From the IMG/VR virus record IMGVR_UViG_2974544868_000001, positions 1 to 64,000 of that record: DNA of 64,000 nucleotides. One strand, written 5' to 3'. The notes under the pieces are model-generated. The model worked only from the letters and a program-made list of their open reading frames with translations, had not been told where the DNA came from and searched no databases. A program made the position numbers and the translations under genes. Shown in pieces: positions 24,018 to 34,143 of the stretch. The stretch is from a virus (Duplodnaviria; Heunggongvirae; Uroviricota; Caudoviricetes; Schitoviridae). Position 1 is the first letter of the stretch; each line of letters opens with the position of its first letter.

Positions 24018-26447
24018 ATGGAAGTAGCGAATACTGACCGTAAGGTCCAAGCAGCACTGATCGGCAGTGCAGGTGAATCGCAAGCTGTGACTGTTGCAGG
24101 TACTCGTGAATTCATCGAGATGCTGTCGTCCAACTTGTACTCCCGACCGCAGGAAGCAATCATCCGTGAGATCCTCTGCAATGCAGATGATGCCCACAAG
24201 GATGCTGGCTACGAAGGTCCAATCGAAGTCAAGATCGATGATGAGTACACACTCACCATCCGTGACTTCGGCAAGGGTATTCCCCATCACCTAATGGGTA
24301 GTATCTACGGCTGCTACGGCGGCTCGACCAAGAAGAAAGATTCCATGGCAACGGGTGGCTTCGGCCTCGGCTGCAAGTCCCCGTGGTCATACTGTGACGT
24401 GTTCCAAGTGGTGAACCACCACGAAGGCGAAGCCGTCATCTACTCGATGCTGCGTGTCAGCCCGGACCACAATGGCCTGCCTGCCATCGTTCCACTGGCT
24501 CGCTATCCGTCGAACCAGACGGGCATCGAAGTCCGTCTGGATCTGAAGGTGGGTGATGTCAACAACTTCACCCAGCTGATCCGTGACATCACCTACCGTG
24601 GTGGCATGAAGGTCAAGTTCAATGGCGATGATCTGCGGGCCATTGAGTACGATTCGGAAGCCAGCTACAAGCTGCTGACCCAAGGCAAGCTGACCAACAA
24701 GATCATGGTCAAGTACGGTGCGGTTCTGTACCCGGTAGAGCGCCATAGCATCTATGGTGATCTGTATGACCAGATCGTGGCTTACATGCCACACAGCGAC
24801 TACCTGATCCTGCAAGCAGCACCAGACAGTCTGATCATCTCTCCCAACCGGGAGAACGTGTCGTACCTCGACAAGACCATCAAGACTATCTGGGAATTGA
24901 TCCGGACGTTCATGACCGAGATCAATGCGAAGGCTGAGCCATATGCCCGCAAGCTGATCCAAGAGGGGAACCAAAAGTGGATCGAGAAGAACGGCGCCAA
25001 CTGGATGACATTCGACCCGAACAAGCACCACTACCTGCATTCACCGGAATTCGGAATGGACTTCCGTCGTCTGGACGTGTTCCATCAGGTGATCCATTCC
25101 AAGCTGTCTCATGTCTATCCGAGCCATCTGTGGAAGTTCGACATGGAAGACCGCATCAAGCGGACCCGCAAGCTGATCAAAGGCCATCGTGAACGCAAGT
25201 TCTTCGAAGGCTATGTCAAGAAGTTCCGTCTTGGTCAGATCTCCGCAGAAGGCGGTAGCAGCTCACGTAGCCGAAATCGATTTGCTCGTGATGTCGTGTT
25301 CCGTGAAATGATCCGTGTTGCTCACCGTGGTGGGTTCAACTTCAAGAACATGCGCTTTGGTTTCAACTACAGTGCGTACTACCCCGGTATGAACAAGTCC
25401 ACCCAGATGCCTCAACTCATCGAGGACATTCGTCACTACGGAGCCAAGAACCTTGGCGAGCAGTGGGAACGGTGGGCAAATGCTCCAGTGGTCATCAGTC
25501 ACACGATGCGTGGCCCGTTGGATTCCACCCGGACTCCGAAGAACTACTTCCTGTACGTGGTTCCACGAAAGGAAGATACGGTCAAGGATGCCATCGAGCA
25601 TCTGAAGAAGCATGGCTATGAAGTCATCGACATCACCAATGAGCAGAAGCTCACTGCTGGAGCCAAGAAGGAAAAGGCAGCTGGCTTCCCAACCATTGGC
25701 GTGTTGCGCAAGTGGAAGCGATGGGACATTCGGAAAATCCCGATGCTCAACTACGCACGTGACATCGTTGATCCAGTGGATCTGGTGGAAGAACCTCGGT
25801 TCTACATCAAGACTTCCATCCGTTCCAACACCACGCAGTACGACCCGACTGACATTGATTCCTACGTCTGGCGGGAATTCGTTGTGGACATGGTTCCGGA
25901 TGACACTGCTGTCGTGACCACTGATGCAGACGTGAAGCGTTTGCTCAAGCTCGGCGCACGTCCTGTCATGGAGCATGTGTATGAGCAGCTGTGCGATCTG
26001 TGGCGTGACCGTGAGGTCCGTCAACTGTTCGCATACATGGGTTGGGATGGTTCGTCCACCAACATCTATGACCGTCGAGCCAGTGACCTCAAGCGTCTGC
26101 TGAACAATGACTGGTATCGAGAGAAGTTCGGTATCACCGTCAAGTGGACTGACGAACTGGAGAAGAAGGTCATGTTGCTGTCCCAGTACAAGATGAAACA
26201 TTGGGACTTCCACGGTCGTGGCACTCAGCGCATCCTCGACACCAACAACCTGAAGCGTCAGATCTTCGGCCTCGTAGGCCAGAAGGAGCCAAAGAAGTTG
26301 ACTGCACTGTTCGACTTCTTGAGCAGCAACCCGGTTGTCTCCGAGATCGATATTGATCTTGAGCGACTCATTTACCGGGCGAACGGCCACCCCGACGAAG
26401 CAATGCGTAACAAGCTGAGTCGGATTCTTTCCATCATCATGGAGTAA
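24018..26447 (+). CDS. rIIA: rIIA-like protein (N-terminal GHKL/HATPase fold)
   Basis: 'LSSNLYSRPQEAIIREILCNADDAH', 'IRDFGKGI', 'GGFGLGCKSPWSY' are collinear with T4 rIIA N-terminal motifs; 809 aa. Confidence 0.7.
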   Translation: MEVANTDRKVQAALIGSAGESQAVTVAGTREFIEMLSSNLYSRPQEAIIREILCNADDAHKDAGYEGPIEVKIDDEYTLTIRDFGKGIPHHLMGSIYGCYGGSTKKKDSMATGGFGLGCKSPWSYCDVFQVVNHHEGEAVIYSMLRVSPDHNGLPAIVPLARYPSNQTGIEVRLDLKVGDVNNFTQLIRDITYRGGMKVKFNGDDLRAIEYDSEASYKLLTQGKLTNKIMVKYGAVLYPVERHSIYGDLYDQIVAYMPHSDYLILQAAPDSLIISPNRENVSYLDKTIKTIWELIRTFMTEINAKAEPYARKLIQEGNQKWIEKNGANWMTFDPNKHHYLHSPEFGMDFRRLDVFHQVIHSKLSHVYPSHLWKFDMEDRIKRTRKLIKGHRERKFFEGYVKKFRLGQISAEGGSSSRSRNRFARDVVFREMIRVAHRGGFNFKNMRFGFNYSAYYPGMNKSTQMPQLIEDIRHYGAKNLGEQWERWANAPVVISHTMRGPLDSTRTPKNYFLYVVPRKEDTVKDAIEHLKKHGYEVIDITNEQKLTAGAKKEKAAGFPTIGVLRKWKRWDIRKIPMLNYARDIVDPVDLVEEPRFYIKTSIRSNTTQYDPTDIDSYVWREFVVDMVPDDTAVVTTDADVKRLLKLGARPVMEHVYEQLCDLWRDREVRQLFAYMGWDGSSTNIYDRRASDLKRLLNNDWYREKFGITVKWTDELEKKVMLLSQYKMKHWDFHGRGTQRILDTNNLKRQIFGLVGQKEPKKLTALFDFLSSNPVVSEIDIDLERLIYRANGHPDEAMRNKLSRILSIIME

Positions 26448-26449
26448 GT

Positions 26450-28462
26450 ATGAAGATCACCGTTGTTGCGGCCATCCTCAAGGATGACTGCCTGACGCTG
26501 ATCACCCCGGAGGGCAAGTATCACAAACTTGCCCAAGGTGATCCGCGCATTCGTCCGGTCATTGACCGAATCCTCCCGATCATCAGCACCGGCGAGTCCA
26601 TCGAAGTGGACTTGGAACAGGAACTGAAGATCGTCAACCACTACGCAGAGTTCGAACGTCGCACCAATGGTGCGGTCAAGTTCTTCCGCGTACTCAAGTC
26701 CAAGCTGGCTGGCTGGTTCGGCGAGAACAGTCTCACGACTTCCGAAGGCACCTACGGCAAGATTCCGGACAACAAGCCGGAACCGAAGGAAGAAGAGACT
26801 GCCAAGCAAGCAGCCGAAGCCCAAGCGGCTGCCCTGACCAAAAAGCAGGAAGTGCGTGAGCAAACCCTGCAAGAGATCGTGGACAGTGCACCGGCAATCG
26901 AAGGTATGGTGTTCAGCACCACCACCTTGGCTCCAGAACTGCCGGAAGGCGAGACCATGGTTGCTGTGGTGGACAACAAGACCATCGTTCCCAACGTCCA
27001 GAACCTCGCAGCTCAGGTGGCTCGTTCGAACCAGATGAGCGATTCCCGTGGTCTGGAAGCCTTCATGCGTCTGACTGCCGACATTCCACGTCTGCACTCG
27101 CAGGAAGATCTGATCCAGTTCATCGGCAAGTCCGATCTTCAGATCGCACAGAACGGCTGGGTTGTTGCTTACAAGAACCTCAGCAAGACCTCTGAGCCGG
27201 GTGTGTTCGTTGACCCGTACACGAAGAAGGTCAAGCAGGGCGTCGGTACTCGTGTCTGCATGAGCGAGAAGCTCGTTGACCCGAACCGTGGGCAGGACTG
27301 CTCCAATGGTCTGCATGTGGCCAGCCGTAGCTACCTCAGTGGCTACAGTGGTGATGCCACGTTCCTGATCATGTTGCACCCGGCCGATGTCATTGCGGTG
27401 CCGAAGTACAACACGAACAAGATGCGTGTCTGTGCTTACATCATCGTGGGTCAGGTCAGCGACGAAGACCGTGCAACCGTGTTGGCCAACAAGCCAATCA
27501 CTTCGGAAGCTGGTCGCCGCATGCTGGCTCAGGCTCTGGATGGAACCCACGTTCCGATCACCAAGCAGGTCGAGATCACTGGCTCCTTCGGTGCCGGTCT
27601 GATCTACACCGATCTGGACTGGGAAGGGAAGGCTGTGGAAAGCAGTGCTGTCTTCGAGGAAGCCTCCAACGAGGAACTGGGTCTGGTCGATCCCATCGAT
27701 CCGGAGAACCCCGGCCTCACTGCTGAGCGTGTTGACCCGACCGAAGTGGCTGAAGAAGTCAGCAAGGAAGTGGCCAAGTCGGTCCTGTCCCGCAAGGAAC
27801 AGGCACAGGCTCTCTACTCGGCATGGATCGATGAGCCATCCGAAGAAAACAGGGACGCTCTGGTCCGATTCAAGAAATCCGCCAAGGTCAGCTGGGACAA
27901 GCTGGGTATCACCGCAGGTGCTGACGGCATGCCGATCAAGCCGCTGGACGGCCCGACCAAGGCCGAAAAGACTCTTGATCAGCTGATCGATGAAGCCAAC
28001 AGTGCCTACGAGGACTATATCGACCTGGACGAAGAATCCGATCCCGGTGTGGTTCGCCTGACCTCCGGCAAGTTCATTGCCGCTGCCAAGCTGCTGGAAG
28101 GCAAGCTAGGCAAGGAATGGGAAGACGAAGGCTGGCACCCAGACCTGTTCTTCAACAACACGGACATCTTCGACGCTCAGGATGAAATTAAGCGTCTGGA
28201 TGCCGAAGAGACCAGCCGTGTGGCCTCTCAGCTGGCCGGTGAGAAGGTCGAGGTGCCGACCGCACCTACCCCTGCTGCCAAGGGTCCGACGCACCGTCAG
28301 CGCATCGCAGAGCTGATTGCACGGGGTCCGCTGACCATCGGGACCGCCAAGGAGATCTTGGAGATCAAGAAGACGGCCAAGAAGGGCTGGTCCGTGCTGG
28401 GCGTGGATGCCGAGATGGCCCATGACATCGAGGAACAGGCCAACACCGGCCCCCGAGACTGA
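26450..28462 (+). CDS. rIIB: rIIB-like protein
   Basis: 'CSNGLHVASRSYLSGYSGDATFLIMLHPADVIAVPKYNTNKMRVCAYIIV' matches the T4 rIIB core 'CSRGLHVCSKSYIRHFGSS...VKVHPRDVVSIPIDYNDAKMRTCQYEVV'. Confidence 0.6.
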   Translation: MKITVVAAILKDDCLTLITPEGKYHKLAQGDPRIRPVIDRILPIISTGESIEVDLEQELKIVNHYAEFERRTNGAVKFFRVLKSKLAGWFGENSLTTSEGTYGKIPDNKPEPKEEETAKQAAEAQAAALTKKQEVREQTLQEIVDSAPAIEGMVFSTTTLAPELPEGETMVAVVDNKTIVPNVQNLAAQVARSNQMSDSRGLEAFMRLTADIPRLHSQEDLIQFIGKSDLQIAQNGWVVAYKNLSKTSEPGVFVDPYTKKVKQGVGTRVCMSEKLVDPNRGQDCSNGLHVASRSYLSGYSGDATFLIMLHPADVIAVPKYNTNKMRVCAYIIVGQVSDEDRATVLANKPITSEAGRRMLAQALDGTHVPITKQVEITGSFGAGLIYTDLDWEGKAVESSAVFEEASNEELGLVDPIDPENPGLTAERVDPTEVAEEVSKEVAKSVLSRKEQAQALYSAWIDEPSEENRDALVRFKKSAKVSWDKLGITAGADGMPIKPLDGPTKAEKTLDQLIDEANSAYEDYIDLDEESDPGVVRLTSGKFIAAAKLLEGKLGKEWEDEGWHPDLFFNNTDIFDAQDEIKRLDAEETSRVASQLAGEKVEVPTAPTPAAKGPTHRQRIAELIARGPLTIGTAKEILEIKKTAKKGWSVLGVDAEMAHDIEEQANTGPRD

Positions 28463-28525
28463 CCCGGCTCCTACCAAGATACCCCCAGATCAAGTTACAC
28501 TGGGGGTGTCTTAACTACAGGAACC

Positions 28526-28897
28526 ATGGGGATGTCAACCGTCCTTCGCCACAACCGCAAAGCTGGAGACGATGAGATCGTTCGACTCAATGCCTGCGGT
28601 TTCTCGCTCAAAACTGTCGGCCAGATCCTCGGTCTGCACCCAACCACTGTCACCATTCGGTTGCAGTCTTTGAAGGTGCCGCCCGCAGATACCCGCCGAG
28701 CCTTCATGGAAGGTGTTTTCGCGGGGCTGACCCACCCTCAACAAGAGTGGTTGGCCGATCAACTCAATGCAGGCGTGTCCGTCAAGGATTACGTCACCCA
28801 ACTGGTACGAGATGAACATGCACGACGACAACAGCAACACCCTCAAGCGCACGCTGGAGTGGTTCAAGGAAGCCAAGCCGAATCCGACCCCGGCTGA
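28526..28897 (+). CDS. HTH DNA-binding protein (sigma-70 region-4/LuxR-like helix-turn-helix)
   Basis: 'LNACGFSLKTVGQILGLHPTTVTIRLQSL'; the 3' end overlaps the next gene by about 85 nt in another frame. Confidence 0.4.
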   Translation: MGMSTVLRHNRKAGDDEIVRLNACGFSLKTVGQILGLHPTTVTIRLQSLKVPPADTRRAFMEGVFAGLTHPQQEWLADQLNAGVSVKDYVTQLVRDEHARRQQQHPQAHAGVVQGSQAESDPG

Positions 28898-29279
28898 CAT
28901 CGGTGTCCAGATGGGTGTCCATCTGGAAGAAGTGGTTGAACTGCTGCAAACCCTGCTGGGCAGCAACCAGAACGCAGCACTGAACGTGCTGTGTGCCAAG
29001 GAAAACCTGCATCGTCTGGCCGAAGACATGAAGGCCAATCCGCATCTGTACCAGATCCCGGAAGAAGATCGACAGGAAGCACTCGATGCCCTGTGCGATC
29101 AGAACGTCACCGGCGCAGGCACTGCCTACATGCTGGGCATGGACTTCGAAGGAGCCATGCAGGAAGTCAACCGTTCGAACTTCAGCAAGTTCGTCAACGG
29201 CAAGGCCATCTTCACCGAGCAAGGCAAGATCGCCAAGGGACCGGCTTACTTCAAGCCCGATCTGTCCCCGTACATCTGA
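28812..29279 (+). CDS. possible MazG-like all-alpha NTP pyrophosphohydrolase
   Basis: 'HLEEVVELLQTLL' EExxE-like motif and a predicted helical Asp/Glu-rich core; low certainty; start chosen at an internal ATG of track ORF 28767..29279. Confidence 0.3.
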   Translation: MNMHDDNSNTLKRTLEWFKEAKPNPTPADIGVQMGVHLEEVVELLQTLLGSNQNAALNVLCAKENLHRLAEDMKANPHLYQIPEEDRQEALDALCDQNVTGAGTAYMLGMDFEGAMQEVNRSNFSKFVNGKAIFTEQGKIAKGPAYFKPDLSPYI

Positions 29280-29283
29280 CATC

Positions 29284-29311
29284 AGCCCCTCTACGGAGGG
29301 GCTTCATTTTT
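29284..29311 (+). terminator. rho-independent terminator
   Basis: 'agcccctctacggaggggct' followed by tcattttt. Confidence 0.75.
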
Positions 29312-29321
29312 GGAGAGTCCC

Positions 29322-30632
29322 ATGGACCAAGTGCAAGAACTGTCTCTCAACCAAGGGCAGCAAGCTGCGGCCGATGGCTTCTTCGAGTTTCTGATGGACC
29401 CGAGCCAGAAGGAACTGATCATCAGTGGTGCTGGTGGTGTCGGCAAAACCTACACCATGGGCTATCTGATCGATGAAGTCATGCCGCGTTACTACGATGC
29501 TTGCCAACTCGCAGGCATCAAGCCGAAGTACCACGACGTGGTGATGACGGCTACCACGAACAAAGCCGCTGCCGTACTGGCAGAAGCCACCAACCGTCCG
29601 ACTCAGACAGTGCATTCGTACTTCGATCTGACGGTCAGCCAGAACTTCAAGACCGGCACCACCGATCTGAAGCGAAAGAAGATCTGGACCTGCAAAACCA
29701 ACACCATCATCTTCATCGATGAGTGTTCGATGATCGACCGTGAACTGCACCGAGAGATCCTCGACGGAACTCTGAACTGCAAGATCGTCTACGTCGGTGA
29801 TCACAACCAGCTGGCTCCGATCAAGGAAGAACTGTCGCCGATCTACAACCATCGTCTGCCGTTCTACAACCTGACCCAGCAGATGCGAACCAGTGATGCA
29901 GATCTGCAAGCTCTGAATCAGCAGCTGCGGGATACGGTGGAGACTGGAGTCTTCCGTCCGATCCAGATCAAGCCGGGCATCATCGATAGCTACGATGGCC
30001 ATCAGATGGAAGCCTGCTTCAAGCAGCTGTTCTCCACCCAGAATCGTGATGCCCGAGTCATGGCATACACGAACAACCGAGTCATCGAGTACAACAACTA
30101 CATCCGCAACCTGCGTGGTCTCCATGGCCCGTATCAGGTGGGTGAGCTGTTGGTCTCCAACAGTGCAACCGAACTCGGTAAGGGCGAGATGCTTTCGGTG
30201 GAAGAAGAAGTCGAGGTCATGCGTGTCGATATGACCACGCAGTCCATCACCATCGATCATGATCGTGGTGTCACCCTCGATGTCTGGCTCATGGACCTGA
30301 AGTCCAGCTATGGCTACTACGCCGATGTTGCTGTCCCAGCCGACCGTGGTCACTGGGAGCAGCTGATCAAGTGGTATCAGAAGCAGAAGGAATGGGCCAC
30401 CTATTTCCATCTGAAGAACATGTACGCTGATCTTCGTCCTCGTGACGCCTGCACTGTGCACAAGGCACAGGGTGGCACCTACAAGACGGCGATCATCGAT
30501 CTGGATGACATCAGCAACTGCCGTGACCCGAGGGTCGCAGCACGTCTGCTGTATGTCGCTTTCAGCCGAGCCAAGGAGCATGTGATCGTCTATGGCGATC
30601 TTGCTGAGAAGTTCGGCGGTCTCGTGAGGTAG
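29322..30632 (+). CDS. SF1 DNA helicase (Dda/RecD/PIF1-like)
   Basis: Walker A 'GAGGVGKT'; motif VI 'CTVHKAQGGT'; RBS 'ggagag'. Confidence 0.8.
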   Translation: MDQVQELSLNQGQQAAADGFFEFLMDPSQKELIISGAGGVGKTYTMGYLIDEVMPRYYDACQLAGIKPKYHDVVMTATTNKAAAVLAEATNRPTQTVHSYFDLTVSQNFKTGTTDLKRKKIWTCKTNTIIFIDECSMIDRELHREILDGTLNCKIVYVGDHNQLAPIKEELSPIYNHRLPFYNLTQQMRTSDADLQALNQQLRDTVETGVFRPIQIKPGIIDSYDGHQMEACFKQLFSTQNRDARVMAYTNNRVIEYNNYIRNLRGLHGPYQVGELLVSNSATELGKGEMLSVEEEVEVMRVDMTTQSITIDHDRGVTLDVWLMDLKSSYGYYADVAVPADRGHWEQLIKWYQKQKEWATYFHLKNMYADLRPRDACTVHKAQGGTYKTAIIDLDDISNCRDPRVAARLLYVAFSRAKEHVIVYGDLAEKFGGLVR

Positions 30633-30634
30633 AC

Positions 30635-31180
30635 ATGGCCAAGAAGGGTACGCCCCAAGAGAGCACGTTCAGTGAGCTGACACCTGTGGTGGAAGCACTG
30701 AAGCAGCCTCAACTGCGGAAACGTTTCGCAGAGATCAAGGAACTGAATCGTCTCAACGGTGAGATCAACCGTAGCACCAACAACATGGGCTTCGTCTTCA
30801 TGGGCGTTGCCTATGCAGACTCGGAACATGCAGCGATTGCCGGGAAGAACTACACCCAGTCGGGAGTACCTTGGCCACAGCTGCACTTGTCCTTGTGGGA
30901 CCGAGCCAATGAATTGGTGAAGGCCACAGCGCACAGTGAGTCCCAGATCATCCAAGTCCGGCAGTATCTGGGTTTGGTTCTGGCAGCCAGTGAACTGGAC
31001 AAGTACGCCAAACGCAACTGCATTCCTGATTACATCTCAGGCTTCATGCCGAGCTACAAGGGTGTTCCCCGTAGCGAACCCATCGAAGATGCAGTTGCCA
31101 AGGTTCCTCGCATCAACACGTTCTACAAGAAGATCCAAGAGAGCATGGCAGTGCTCGCTGCGTCGCAACTGATTTATTAG
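30635..31180 (+). CDS. hypothetical protein (181 aa)
   Basis: ATG 3 nt after the helicase stop. Confidence 0.5.
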   Translation: MAKKGTPQESTFSELTPVVEALKQPQLRKRFAEIKELNRLNGEINRSTNNMGFVFMGVAYADSEHAAIAGKNYTQSGVPWPQLHLSLWDRANELVKATAHSESQIIQVRQYLGLVLAASELDKYAKRNCIPDYISGFMPSYKGVPRSEPIEDAVAKVPRINTFYKKIQESMAVLAASQLIY

Positions 31181-31188
31181 GGGGAGTC

Positions 31189-33789
31189 ATGCGTTACCTC
31201 ACCTTCAAGAAGGATGCACCGAGCTACAAGATCTGCATCCTGACTCCCGACATCGACGGGGAAAAGATTGAGCGTGAGTACATCACGCCATATGCCTTGG
31301 ACAAGGATGAAGTGCTGGTCGTGACCAGCCATCATGATGTCGCCAAGAAGAAGACTCCCGCAGCAGAGATGAAGGAATACATCGACACCATGTTGGTGGA
31401 TGTCCTGAAAGACCAACAGGTCGAGTATCTGCTTGTGACAGACAGCGAGTATTTCAAGCTGTTGGCCAAGGTGCCTAAAGCAGAAGCCAACCTTGGCTAT
31501 GTCATGGACAGTCCGTATGGCCCATGGAAGGTTGTGTATGTACCGAGCTACCGGGCTGTGTTCTATGACCCGGTGAAAGTGCGTCACAAGATCAGCATTG
31601 CCATGAGCGCTCTGTCTGAGCACATGCACGGTGACTACATCCCACCGGGGCAAGAAGTCATCAAGTTCGAGCACTACCCGGAGTCTCTGGAGGACATCAA
31701 GTTCGCACTTGAGAAGCTACTGGAAATGGACTGTGACCTGACTGCTGACATCGAGGCATTCGATCTGAAGCATGACAAGTCAGGCATCGGCACCATTTCC
31801 TTCGCATGGAACCAGCACGAAGGGCTGGCATTCATGGTGGACTATGAAGAGATCATCGGAGCTACATCTGCTCCGTATGGTCGCAACGTCCGCAATGAAC
31901 CAGTGAGGAAGCTGCTCCGGGAATTCTTCATCGAGTTCCACAAGCGTGGCCACAAGATGACATGGCACAACATCGCATTCGATGCGTATGTGCTTGTGTA
32001 CCAGCTCTTCATGAAAGACCTGATCGACACTGAGGGTCTGCTCTATGGTTTGAAGGTCATGCTGACCCATTGGCATGACACCAAGCTGATCACCTATCTG
32101 GCCACCAACAGCTGTGCGGGCAACAAGCTGGGCCTGAAGGAACAGGCTCTTGAGTTCGCTGGCAACTATGCCGTCGAAGAGATCAAGGACATCACCAAGC
32201 TGCCGAAGCAGAAGCTGCTGCGGTACAACTTGGTTGATAGTCTTTCCACTTGGTTCGTGTTCAACAAGTGGTATCAGAAGATGGTCAATGACCAGCAGCT
32301 GGAAATCTACGAAGGACTGTTCCAAGGCTCCATTGTGGACATCATCCAGATGCAGTTGACCGGCTTGCCGATCAACATGGCCACTGTGCACAAGGTCAAG
32401 GCACTGATGGAAGTCGATGAAGCTGAAGCGCTGCATCGAATCCGATCCACGAAGGTGGTTCAGAACTACACCTACGTGCTGAGGCAGTCAGTAGCAGAGA
32501 AGAAGAATGCCAAGTACAAGAAGAAGCGAGTAACAGCATCGGAGATGACAGATGAGTTCAATCCGAAATCATCCATCCAGTTGACCCAGCTTCTGTTCGA
32601 CATGCTTGAGTTGCCAGTGTTGGCTTACACCGACACCAAGCAACCTTCAGCTGATGGTGACTCCATCGAGAAGCTGAAGAACCACACCACTGATCCAGAT
32701 GTCATCGAGTTCCTCGATGCAATGCTGGACTTCTCAGCGGTGAACAAGATCCTGTCGAGCTTCATCCCGGCGTTGCTCAATGCTTCTGAAGGTCCAGATG
32801 GCTGGCACTATCTGTTCGGTAACTTCAACCTCGGTGGTACGGTCTCTGGCCGACTGTCGAGTTCGAATCCGAACCTGCAGAACCTCCCAGCATCTTCGAA
32901 GTACGCCAAGTACATCAAGATGTGTGTCGAAGCCCCACCGGGCTGGATGTTCTGTGGTCTGGACTATGCGTCTTTGGAAGATCGAATCAGTGCACTCACA
33001 ACGAAAGACCCGCAGAAGCTGAAGGTGTATACCGATGGCTACGACGGCCACTCAATGCGTGCCTACGCATACTGGTCGCACAAGATGCCTGACATCGATG
33101 GCAATTCGGTGGAGAGCGTCAACAGCATCGCCAAGAAGTACAAGGCACTGCGGAATCTGTCGAAGGCACCAACCTTCGCACTGACCTATGCAGGCACCTT
33201 CAAGACCCTGATGAAGAACTGTGGTTTCAGCGAGGAAGAGGCCAAGGCAATCGAGGCCAATTTCAAGAAGCTGTACCACGTGTCGATCAAGTGGGTCAGC
33301 GACAAGCTAGACCAAGCCAGCCGGGATGGTTACGTCACTGCGGCCTTCGGGCTGCGTGTCCGTACTCCCCTACTGGCTCAGGTCATCCGTGGCAACCGAG
33401 CCACGCCCAAGGAGGCTGAGGCCGAAGGTCGGACAGCAGGTAATGCCCTCGGGCAGAGCTGGTGTCTCCTGAACAGCCACGCATGGATGAACTTCATGAA
33501 GAAGGTCCGAGACAGCCAGTACCGTCTGGACATCCGACCCTGTGCTCAGATTCATGACGCCGGGTATGCCCTGATCCGTGAGGATCTGGGGGCCGTGGCC
33601 TATGCCAACAAGCATCTGGTTGAGGCAGTACAATGGCAAGACCACCCCGACATCTGGCACGATCAGGTTAAGTTGGGGGGAAACCTCGGCATCTTCTACC
33701 CCAACTGGACGACCGAGATCGAGATTGCCAACGGAGCCAATGAGGAAGAGATTCTCTCTACCGTCAACAAGGCACTAGAGGCTGCCTAA
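31189..33789 (+). CDS. family-A DNA polymerase (PolA-like, with 3'-5' exo-like N-terminal region)
   Basis: motif A 'DYASLEDRISA', motif B 'KAPTFALTYAG', motif C 'QIHDAG'; 866 aa; RBS 'gggggag'. Confidence 0.85.
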   Translation: MRYLTFKKDAPSYKICILTPDIDGEKIEREYITPYALDKDEVLVVTSHHDVAKKKTPAAEMKEYIDTMLVDVLKDQQVEYLLVTDSEYFKLLAKVPKAEANLGYVMDSPYGPWKVVYVPSYRAVFYDPVKVRHKISIAMSALSEHMHGDYIPPGQEVIKFEHYPESLEDIKFALEKLLEMDCDLTADIEAFDLKHDKSGIGTISFAWNQHEGLAFMVDYEEIIGATSAPYGRNVRNEPVRKLLREFFIEFHKRGHKMTWHNIAFDAYVLVYQLFMKDLIDTEGLLYGLKVMLTHWHDTKLITYLATNSCAGNKLGLKEQALEFAGNYAVEEIKDITKLPKQKLLRYNLVDSLSTWFVFNKWYQKMVNDQQLEIYEGLFQGSIVDIIQMQLTGLPINMATVHKVKALMEVDEAEALHRIRSTKVVQNYTYVLRQSVAEKKNAKYKKKRVTASEMTDEFNPKSSIQLTQLLFDMLELPVLAYTDTKQPSADGDSIEKLKNHTTDPDVIEFLDAMLDFSAVNKILSSFIPALLNASEGPDGWHYLFGNFNLGGTVSGRLSSSNPNLQNLPASSKYAKYIKMCVEAPPGWMFCGLDYASLEDRISALTTKDPQKLKVYTDGYDGHSMRAYAYWSHKMPDIDGNSVESVNSIAKKYKALRNLSKAPTFALTYAGTFKTLMKNCGFSEEEAKAIEANFKKLYHVSIKWVSDKLDQASRDGYVTAAFGLRVRTPLLAQVIRGNRATPKEAEAEGRTAGNALGQSWCLLNSHAWMNFMKKVRDSQYRLDIRPCAQIHDAGYALIREDLGAVAYANKHLVEAVQWQDHPDIWHDQVKLGGNLGIFYPNWTTEIEIANGANEEEILSTVNKALEAA

Positions 33790-33804
33790 CTTCCAAGGAC
33801 TGCC

Positions 33805-34143
33805 ATGTGCACTCAACCGACTCTGAACTTCAAGCGTGGCTCTACCTTCGCTTTCGTGTTCTCTGTCCCAGCTGAAGTGCCAGACGGATTCTTCCGCAAT
33901 TGGGTTCCAAAGGCCCAGTTGCGGAAGGCCCGCACTGACACTGCACGGGGTCTGATCGCAGACCTCGATTGCTTCTGGGACAACGACGTAAAGGCTCGCC
34001 TGATCCACGTCCGGCAACTCGTTACTGATGATTGGCCCCTCGGTGAAATGGAGCTGGACATTCGTCTGGAATCCGTGAACCGAGAGACCATTCAGACCTC
34101 CACCATCACGATCAAGATTGAACGGGGCATCACCCATGGCTGA
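33805..34143 (+). CDS. hypothetical protein (112 aa)
   Basis: RBS 'aaggac'. Confidence 0.45.
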   Translation: MCTQPTLNFKRGSTFAFVFSVPAEVPDGFFRNWVPKAQLRKARTDTARGLIADLDCFWDNDVKARLIHVRQLVTDDWPLGEMELDIRLESVNRETIQTSTITIKIERGITHG

